From NCBI RefSeq assembly GCF_009914755.1, contig NC_060925.1: a DNA stretch of 64,000 nucleotides. One strand, written 5' to 3'. A program made the translations under genes and the position numbers. Origin of the DNA: the human T2T-CHM13v2.0 reference genome, Homo sapiens. This document shows positions 52,694 to 64,000 of the stretch, in pieces (position 1 is the first letter of the stretch; every line of letters starts with the position of its first letter). The notes under the pieces are model-generated. The model ran no database searches. It was not told the origin of the DNA and saw nothing but the letters and a program-made list of their open reading frames with translations.

Positions 52694-55600
52694 TAGAATA
52701 AGTTTTTAAATATTGAAATGATGTGTTCCTTGAATGTATGGTAGAAATGGCAGCAAAGCTGGTGGAGGTAGTGGTGATGGCATGTTTGCTTTGGTTTGGT
52801 TTAGTTGGAAGATTTCTAAGTATTTATTTTTTAAAATTGTAGACTTAGTTTTCTTGTATCTTCTTGAGGAAGTTTTAAGTTATACTCTCCAAGAAATGTT
52901 TCCATTTTACTGAAGTTTTCAAATCTCTTGGCATGTTCATTGTTCAGGGTATTCTCTCACCTTTTAGTGTCTGCAATATCTACAACATGGCCCCTTTTTC
53001 ATTCCCAGTATTGTTTATTGATGTTCTCTTTTCTTTTTCTTGATAAGCTACCAGAATTCTGTCCATTTTACTCATCTTTTCAGAAAACTTTGACTTTGTT
53101 GATTTTATCTAATGTATTTTTCCCATTAGTTTCTGTTTTCTTAACTGAATTATTTCTTTTTTCTACTTTCCTTGGATCTGTGCTGCTTTAGCTGGGTGTT
53201 TGGCTCATTAACTTTCAAACTTTCTTCTTTTGTCTGAGTACTACTGCAGTATTTTCATTATGATTCAATTACAAATATTTTCTCGTTTTCATTATCGTCT
53301 TTGCTCTCTGAGCTATTTCAAAATGTGTTTGTTAATTTTCAAATGGGTGAGTTTTTACTAGTTATCTCCTTGATATTTATTAGTAATTTAGTTGGACTAT
53401 ATGAAGAGAATGAATAAATATATTGTGTTATCTGGCATAATATAGGTTACTACTATATAATTATATATTAATTGTATTAATTGTGGCTATCTTTGGCTTA
53501 TTTCTACCATCTTATTTTGTGTTATTTGTCTTGTTTTTTCCTCCACTGTGTTTTTTTCTATCTTTTCTTGTCTTTTTTTAGACTGATTGAATATATCTTT
53601 CTCCTCCCATCTGTTTTTTCTTATAATAATTAGGAAGTTATACACTCTAATCTTATTCTTTTAGTGACTAAGACATTTTAGTCTGCCTACTTGATTTATC
53701 AAATTCTAACATTTATCAATACCTTTATTTCCCTCTTAAATAACATAAGAACATTTGAACATTCTATTTCTATTTATCCCTTGACTTATATGTTATTGCA
53801 GATGTGCATTTATTCTTTATTGATTTTGAACCCCACAAGGTGTCGTTATAGTTTCATCTAGTTTAGATTTATGTTTACTCACATGTTTACCATGTTTTTG
53901 CTCATTTCTTCTTGCATCTCAGACTTTCCATTTGAAATTATGTTACTTTTGCTTGAAATATATTCTTTAGAATTTTCTTCAGTAAATTGGCAAACTCAAA
54001 TTCTGGAAAGATTTTTTGCTGGCTATACAATTTTAGGTTGAAGATTATTTTCTCTCAACCCAGTGAAGATATGATTTACCACCTTCTGACTTTCACTGGT
54101 GCTGTTTAGTCTAATTTTCATTCCTCTGAAGATAATGTGTCCCGCCCCCTGTCTTTTTTTGAGATCTCTTTCACTTTGCTGTTCTGCAGTTACACTAGAT
54201 GTGTAAATATGATTTTTTAAATTTTCATTGATCTTACCTAAGATTTTTTAAAACCTCACATAAACATGTGAAAAAGACCAAAATTGAAGAGGTAGTAGGG
54301 GGTCAGATTATGAAGGGTTTTGAAAGTCAGGAATTTATTCTGTAGAGCAGTGATCTTTAAGCTTTTAGCTTATGCATATTATATAAGAATTTTGAAAAAT
54401 GTGTTCTCTTGCACATATTTAAGTTGACATATACAGTTTTCATCATAATTAAATAAGTTTACTTCTTGCTAATAAAAGAGAACATATATTAAATATTTTA
54501 TAAACTAAAATCAGGTGACAATCAAAATTAGAATACTTTTATGATATGCCTTGAATATATCATATTTGATATATATTTGGATATGGTTATATGCTATTTG
54601 AAGTATATTGGTGCACTTATCAAACAAATCATGCCAATTTTAAAATAAATCACATACAATTTTTACTAGTTTTATTAAATGCTTTTAAAATTTTATACTT
54701 TAAAATATTATAGTTTCATTTAAAAGAATAAGAATTATTTACCTGTACTGCTTCAAATGTTCTGAATTTATACCATCCCAACATGAAACCAACACTGTTT
54801 CTAACTTCAAACTTCACTTTTAACAGAAATATAGGTAAAACATTAAAAGGTAGGAAGACCCATGGATTTAAGGTGCTTTGATTAATCCTTAAGGAGGCCT
54901 CCCTGGAACAAAATTGTCATTCCAGTTGGGGCCCTTTCAGGCTGCAATCTTGTCACAAAAGAAGTCTAAACAAACTCTACAAAGTCGCAAAGATTTTAGC
55001 TGCTGCCTGTGATACTTTTTCTCCCTGTCTCCCTCCCCTCCACCACCCCTCACTTTTATATATGCAAGCAAGCCTGGATGTGTCACATTTACTTTTTGGA
55101 AAGGGACTTACGCAAGACACAAGAATTTTTGCCCACAAACAGCTGCTTCAAAGGCAGAGGGAGTGAGACCTTCTTTTTGGTGCAAAAATGATTAGTTATG
55201 GAGAGGTCCCAGTCTTAATTCTATTTGGAGGTGGGTCCAAATGACCTAATAAGCAGATCCTTCTCTGCTCTTTATTGTAGTATTAAACAAGAAACTGACA
55301 CAAGTTGGGTCATAGAGTTTTTCCACAGGCACATGTAAGCATTCCATGTTGTATTATTGCAATACTGTGAAATTCGTCTTTTTGAGAAAAGCACACACAG
55401 ATCTTGGCATATTTTACTTGAAAACAATAATTGTTACTATTAGTTATTTCCACTTTTTTTTTTTTCCAAAAAGAGAATATGGGAAGAGTGGTGCTATGGT
55501 AACTACAGAGCTATAGAGAAGAATTTGACCAAGGGGATCCTAAAACAAGGTTTAACACATGTTTTATGGTTAAGCATTAACTACCATCGGTTATAGGTTG

Positions 55601-55695
55601 TATATTTGATATTATATATACTATTAAGTAATTGGAAGAGGTAAAACAATAGTGATTAAGAGTGTAAGCACAAAACCAGAGCTAATAAGGGATAA

Positions 55696-56073
<378 letters not shown>

Positions 56074-57149
56074 TGAACTTGGGTAATTTTCATAACCACT
56101 CTGAGCCTTAGTTTTCTCATCAGTGTAGAGGACTAAAATGTTATCTACCCCAGATGATTGTTTTAAGGATTACATCAGTGCCTATTTCCTCACCTGTAAA
56201 ATGGTCTCTTTCTCTTAAGATTGTGGTGAGGATTAAAAGGGTTATATGTGAACAATGCTTAGCATGAAGGCCTGGCTTATGGTATAACTTCAATAAATTT
56301 ATTTTGTTAGCAAGTAGAGAAATAAATCTGACTTAACAATATAAAATTAAATGTTTATTTTACTTTTGCATAGCATATTACAACTGAGAATTTGGAGATT
56401 TAACACACTCTATTGATAATGAATATGATGAAAGAGAAACAGACAAGGCATTAACTTTGAAGAGAAAATTCGTTGACATTTTTGTATTTCATTGTATAAA
56501 ATACCAATTAAATGTGATGGAAAATTATAGCAAAGACTTACAAAGACTTCAATGATTTTCAAATTTTTAAATAAAGCATATCTTGATTTTAGTTCTTTGT
56601 TCAACTCTATTATGGAAATGTAATGGCAATGCAATTTCTCCTTTCTATCTTATATTAGTTCTCTGGTTTAGCTCTAGCTTGTCGAGTGGAAACATGATAT
56701 GGCAAGACAATAAATTGCCTATTAAAATCCAATGTTTTTTTAATTATGTAATTACGATTCAGGGTTACATGTTCTAGATTCTGAATGGCATTAAGTTGGG
56801 TTTATATAGTATTAAAACAACCAGATTTTAAAAAAAGAGTCAGTCAATTACCTATATATTTGTAAGACACCAAAATTAATATCTTGAAACATCTTTATGA
56901 TTGAATGAATTTTTCACTTTTTATTTAGACATTTGTCATAGCCAATAAGGCATATGCTAAGTACACAAAGTGTTTATCCTAAAGCTGGTTTTGGCTTTTT
57001 GAGTTATCCAATGTAAGCTATAATTTGTCTCTTTAATTTCCCTAATTTTCAAGCTGGAGATAACATTGAACATTACAGGAGACAGCTATAGTTTTGATTG
57101 CCCAGAGCCATCCAACTTTATTAGAGCATGGCGGGGTTATCAGTCACAG

Positions 57150-57580
57150 TACTCTGCCATCTACTCCCCACATCATGGTGACAAATAAATAAACTAGACC
57201 TGGCTAATCAAAGAAATCCAGCTCCTCATGTCAAGTGATTGGCTCAGGGGTGGACACACAACCCCAAATAAGCCAATCAAAGCCCTTCACTGGTACTTTT
57301 CAGCTGGAGCTAGGGTGGAAGCCTGTCCTCATTTTGAGATTTATGGGCTGAAAGGATGTGTATCTGGGGTGCTATCTTCTCATCTGTAGAAATAGATGAG
57401 GTCAACACACCAACAGAAGATCTGAAAGATGGAAAGAGGGGGCTTAATTATATTGCTTGGGTCCCTAGATTTAGTTCATGTCTGACATTGTGTCCTTACA
57501 TCCCAATACACATGTGTGTTTTACAGATAGTTTGAATTGGTTCATGGCACTTGCAACTGAAGGAGTTCTGATAAGTACAG
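57150..57580 (+). mobile_element. MLT1-type LTR
   Basis: gtgattggctcaggggtggacac...gccaatcaaagc; 3' end cacttgcaactgaaggagttctgataagtaca. Confidence 0.6.
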
Positions 57581-58112
57581 ACATCTTTCTAATTTGTTTA
57601 CAGCTGTAACAATTAACTGTGAAAGTCAATACATTTACAATGAAGTATGTTAAAAACATTGTCCAAGTGTGACTTGAACCCAGGCAGGATAACACAGCCG
57701 TTAAGAGTCCAGGCTCTGGAGTGGAACTGTCTGCTTGCCTGCCTACTAAAAAACACCTGGGTCTGAGAAGCTTTTGTCTCTCTAGAGAGGATACATGCTG
57801 TCTGGTTGCCACAGAGAGAGCCTCAGCACACCAAGGCACCCGAGCTGATTTCCAGTTACTATTGGCACTGACACTGCTGCCAGTCTTATAGGTCTTTTAT
57901 GAGAAATGTCAACCTTTTCTTGTATCTGTTTCAAAACTGGGAAGAGAAAGGTAGAATGAGAGAATCAAGAAACATAGGAGATAACTTTTTTCTGTGGATG
58001 GGAAGAACATTCCTATAGGTTGTGCCTATGAGGAAAGAATCCAATCTAAGCCACCAATAGTAAAGCCACCATTTATTCGTTTTCATCACCTACTTGAGCC
58101 CTGCAAAGCATT

Positions 58113-58416
58113 CTTATTTTTTTTTCTTTTTTGAGACGGCGTCTCACCCTTGTTGCCCAGGCTGGAGTGCAGTGGCGCGATCTCGGCTCATTGCAACCTC
58201 CGCTTTCCCAGGTTCAAGTGATTCTCCTGCCTCAGCCTCCTGAGTAGCTGAGATTACAGGCACCTGCCACCACACCTGGCTAACTTTTTTGTATTTTTAG
58301 TAGAGATGGGGTTTCACCATGTTGGCCAGGCTGGTCTCAAACTCCTGACCTCGTGATCAGCCCGCCTCGGCCTCCCAAAGTGCTGGGATTACAGGCGTGA
58401 GCCACCATGCCCGGCC
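58113..58416 (-). mobile_element. AluS
   Basis: Antisense Alu dimer. Confidence 0.93.
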
Positions 58417-58524
58417 TCATTCTCACTTTTCACTCTGGCCTTGTGCCTGCCTGTCCCAGAATATCTTCTCTGACACTACTTAAATGTTGTTTACTTCTCT
58501 GTTATGCTGCTTAAGATGTGGAGA

Positions 58525-58815
58525 CTCAGTTGGGTTAAGCATTCATTTTAAAGAAGAAAATAGACTTCTTTAAAATGAGCGTAAGATCACAGGCTTCAGT
58601 ATAAGACTGCATGGATTCAAATACCACCTCTACCACTGACTATAGCGTTATGACCTTGGACAAGTCACTTAACCTCTCTGTGCCTCAGTTTCCTCATTTG
58701 TGGTATGGAGATAATAGCACCTCTCTCACAGGGTTGTTGAGAATCTAGAGAGTTGATACATGCTTAAAATAGTGCCAGGCACACAGGAAGCACTATGTGA
58801 ATGTCAGCTCTTATT
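58525..58815 (+). mobile_element. MIR
   Basis: tgaccttggacaagtcacttaacctctctgtgcctcagtttcctcatttgt core. Confidence 0.85.
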
Positions 58816-60016
58816 AAGCTTAGGTATTTACAGATTATTTAAATCAGATTTCCTTCTCCCTAATCTAGCTGAGGACAGCTTCACTGAAGGAGTGGAAGTT
58901 TGATGGGAGGACAAGGGGGGGGTAGGGCGAAGACCAGCGGGGTTAGAGATGGAAGATGGGGGTGGAGGAGCAGTAGGAGAATGGTAGGGTGGAAATGGAG
59001 AGGATAGAGAAAGTTAGTAACTTTGTAGAGTGAAACAGGTGTGGGTTGGATCCTTTGGGTCCCTAAAGGACATTAAGAAGATGGAAGAGAGGAAAAGGAA
59101 TGGAAGTGGGAAGGTGCCAAGGTAAACAGCACGTATTTCAAAGTTTTGTCTAGTGTTGACTTGCATCCAGAAAAGGAAAAAGAAATTCTTTTTCATCCCT
59201 CTTACCCTTGGAATGATATCATAATTTAACTACCTTTATGAATGAAGTAGATTGCTGTGGACAAACCTGAGATCCCAACCGTCATTTATAATGTTGTTCC
59301 AATAGGAAAATAGTTTCTGAGTTCCAAGTAACAAGTTTCCATGGTCTTTTGGAACAGGATCATTTGTAAGTTGGGGCCTGCTTGTCTGCTGAGCAGGGAG
59401 GTTGCAGCTGGGCAGGTCAGACAGAGAGCCAGCATTTCACAATCGAATAAACTGGAGCCTGCTGTGGTTGACTTGTCTGTACTAGTGACACAACTCCAAC
59501 TACAGCCCAGGTCCCCAGGACTCTACAATTCTAATTTAGTAGCCTTACCTTCATAACTAATGCTGTTCAATAAAATAAGAATAGTGATGTGCATTTAATG
59601 GGCTGAACAGCACAATATGCCACTGAAATGCTTAATTTTAAAAAAGACAATAGAATCTGAATTTATGAACAGTATTGGCCAACTAGAGATTGGTAATTGC
59701 AAGCTGTCTTGTCTTCATGAGCTGCATGGTGGGGGTGAAGCAGAGGCTGAATGACATTTTGTCATTCTTTATAAAGGAATCTAAATATCAAGTAGGAGGA
59801 GGTGGAAGAAGAGAGGAAAATGGGGAGATCTTCAAGACTCCTCCAAATGCAAGATTATTTTGTTCGACACTGCTTAATCTTAAAATTGATCATAGTATCA
59901 ATAACTTGTTGTCTTTTTCCTTTTAGGTATTGCAACAACCCAAATCATAATAATTCCTCATTGACAAAGATTGATTTGTACAATCTGCCCTGAATTGTTC
60001 AGAGTATTAAGGACCT

Positions 60017-60364
<348 letters not shown>

Positions 60365-60821
60365 TTAGGAGAGTGATAGGAAATTTTTAATTTATTATTC
60401 TTTACTTGCAAGAAACATCCCAAATCAATGATGTCATTGTTCTATCTATTTGACAGCTGTGGGACTAACCAAGGAAGGTGAAATGACCAGCTGCCTCACG
60501 GCAAATTCTCTGGAGTGACTGGGATCTAAAGCAATAATATGCAAATCCATAAAGACACTATGTCCTTTCACTGATTAATGGGGCACAAGAATCTGTGAGA
60601 TTTATAATTGAAACAGTTTTAACAACAGCACAACAAAAAAACTACAGTACCAGGAGGCTCAGTGAGTGGCAGATCTTTAAGAACAGCTCTATGTTGATAA
60701 TTCTTGCGCAGCAATGCTTGTATGAATTGCTAAGAGAATAATAACAACTACTATTAATTCAGCACCTACTGTGTGCCAGAGGCTGTGCTAGTTACTTTCC
60801 CTACATCATCTCTGAACCTTA

Positions 60822-61217
<396 letters not shown>

Positions 61218-61659
61218 CTAAAGAACAGGTTCCACAGCTGGTAAGTAGCAGAGACCCACCCTCAGGTAAATCTGCTGTTGCTGTTGTATGTGAGGCAGCA
61301 GCAGCAAGGGGCTTTGGGACTGACATTCTGAGACATACACAAGTGTCAGAAATGACCAACCTGTCAAGAAGTTGTGGTGTTATGGATAACTTGGTGGTAG
61401 TGCAGTATTTTCCATGAAAAACAGAATCATATTATGGTAGTAAGGCAGCTATTTTAGCAATATAAATAATAAAAGAAGAAAAGAGAGAAACAAAAGGAGC
61501 AGAAAAATCTCTTCTGTCTGACTACAGCACAAACCACCATTTACCAAAAAGCATGCCTGTAATAAACTTTTTAGATTAAACCAATTGTTCTTGAAGCCAC
61601 TGTAATGTTTTCTGTCTACAGGGCAATAAAGCAGATTTGTATTAATGTTTTTTTGTTTA

Positions 61660-61870
61660 GGAGGCAGTAAAGTAGGGTGGTTAAGACAAGGGGCTCTGGA
61701 GCAAGACTGCCCAAGATCAAATCCTGGTGCTGCCACTTTCTCTTTGTGTGACCTTGAGTTAGTTACTTATGTCTAGTACTGCAGTGTTGCCATGAGGGTT
61801 GAATGATCAAATCCATATGAAGTGTTTAAAAACCACCTGGTACCTGGAAAGCACTGGATAAATATTAGTT
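61660..61870 (+). mobile_element. MIR
   Basis: gtggttaagacaaggggctctggagcaagactgcc...aaatcctggtgctgccact...tgtgtgaccttgag. Confidence 0.75.
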
Positions 61871-62004
61871 AAAACTGTATGCAGAATCGTGTATGAATTG
61901 TGTGAGGAAATTGAAGATATGGTTCCTTACTTTCAAAAATACTTAGAAACTAGCTGGGAAGAGAAAGCATCTGCTTATAATATGTCTTTAAAACAGGTAC
62001 AACA

Positions 62005-62332
62005 GGCCGGGCACAGTGGCTCACGCCTGTAATCCCAGCACTTTGGGAAGATGAGGCGGGTGGATCACTGAGGTCAGGAGTTCAAGACCAGCATGGCCAA
62101 TATGGCAAAACATCGACTCTACTAAAAATACAAAAATCAGCCAGGCATGGTGGAGTGTATCTGTAATTCCAGCTACTCGGGAGGCTAGGGCAGGAGAATA
62201 GCTTGCACCTGGGAGGTGGAGGTTTCAGTGAGCTGAGATCACGTCACTATACTCTAGCCTGGGTGACAGAACGAGACTCTGTCTCAAAAAAAAAAAAAAA
62301 AAAGAGGAAAGAAAGAAAGAAAAAGAAAAAGA
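62005..62332 (+). mobile_element. AluS
   Basis: Full Alu with A/(GAAA)n tail. Confidence 0.93.
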
Positions 62333-64000
62333 AACATGTCTAACATTAAAAACAGCTTCTTTAGTCAAGGTATGCACTGTCATATCCCTAATAAAAATCA
62401 AGAAATAAGAATTAAGGAAACAAGGGATAAAAGAGAATGTTTTCTGGAGAAAGTGAGCCATGACCTGGATTTTGAAGGAGCTGTGGTTTAATCATTGTGG
62501 AAATTTTAATTTGAGGACTTTGGTAAAGTAACTTGTCCATTATCAGTATTGTTCACCTCAATTTGTTATGTATGAAAACCTTTCAGTGAAAACTTTCTGT
62601 GTGCGAGGCATTGGGATGGTGGTAATAAAGGACTACAAATTCAAAGACACCTTTATCCTCAAGGAACTTATAGTCTATTACAAGAAGTTATACATTAATG
62701 AAATACAAGACAGAGAGTGCCACGGAAGGGCAATGCCAACTGGCAACACAATAATAAGCACATTTAAAAAATGGGTTAGTCTTTGGTGCACAAAGGAGCT
62801 CAGATGCCAAATGTAAAAATGAACATGAGGAACATGAGGGGAATCTAGTCCTTTAGGAAGGGCCTCGTGGGGTACAATAGCTATTAAGACTAGTTCTACC
62901 TTGCCTTTGCAGGATGAGAAATTTAATCAGGCTGTTCAGAGGCTGATGAGACTCCCATTAAATGAACAAGAAATGAATCAGAATAAGAATTTATTAGATT
63001 ACATAGCTAACCAACAGAACTGATCATCTGTACAACCCCTGACTCTCCTCTCTCCATCTCCACCCCCCACCATTCCTGGTAGAGAGATTCATTTTAGGAA
63101 TAGATTGTGTATCAAGAAATTGCTTGGTATGAGTCAGAAAGATTGACATTTTCCACTCTAAGAATATTTGTATTAACTATGTGATCACTTTTGTGTCCAG
63201 ACAATTATTTTTCCAGACTCCTCTTTTTATATTTTTTCTATTATAACACATTCTTTTTTTCATGTGAAGAGAGATTTTTAACATGTTACAATTTCCAAGT
63301 TTACACTTTTAGTTTCTTCCTGATGACATTCAAGGAGGAAACTTAGTTTCTTATCAGTATGTTCTAAATCCCACTATAGCATGGGTTATGTTGGAAGTTT
63401 TTCTGTAGAAAACAAATACTAACCTAGTAGTTGAATTATTTCTTTTCCTGAGGATTTCATATTCTTCCTGACTTTTTGTCTCCACCTCTTGTCCTAGATC
63501 TTGAATACTATTTTTAGACTTAAACTTCTGTTTGCTGGTTATATAACAAATTTTATACAGTTAATTGAATAGGATTCATACCTCATTTGAAACCTAACTC
63601 ATTTGTAGCTTAAGCATCCATTTGGCTGTCGCTAGGGGGTTGTATGAAACCTGAGAAAATCATACTGGTGCCCTGCATAATGGAAAATAGATGTATTCAG
63701 GTAATATCAAATTGAAATAAATATCCAAGGAAAAGAAGTCAGAAGACAGCATATGTTTGTAAGAAGAATGGGATGGAGCTTTGTCCTTCCTGAAGGGGGA
63801 TAGATGTTGAAGATGATTAATTGTTCTGATACCATGAGCTGGCTGTCTCTCTTAAGATATTGCAGAGATGTGGCAGGAGAATGAGATTTTACAATGCGAG
63901 TTTGGAGCCTGACGTGGGTTTATCATTTGAACAACTCAGGAGAGAATGGGGTGTGTTGATTAAGTGCTACCCAGGTAAGTTTGTGTGAATTCCCTTTCCA

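Overview
Primate (human-like) non-coding genomic DNA. Evidence: AluJ/S/Y, THE1A, MST, L1M, L2, MIR and MER/Tigger elements. I cannot support any protein-coding gene, rRNA, tRNA or CRISPR array. Almost all ORF-track entries are Alu read-throughs, decayed L1 ORF1/ORF2 or decayed Tigger4 transposase. Main architecture: about 45 Alu copies or fragments; a near-full-length old L1 (about 24190-35113) holding nested Alus and a Tigger4 that itself holds an MST LTR; a THE1A solo LTR with a perfect TSD; and a roughly 920-bp (GATA)n/GAT array. The most interesting signal is a set of local templated-copy scars. These are a 632-bp direct-plus-inverted insertion (2975-3606), an inverted L1 ORF1 start (24691-24868), a 35-bp fold-back at a deletion breakpoint (30520-30601), an orphan copy of an Alu junction (36607-36653) and a patchwork palindrome beside the GATA array (48081-48162). 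I found no convincing novel biological system. Subfamily names come from recalled consensus sequences, and boundaries of old elements are approximate.
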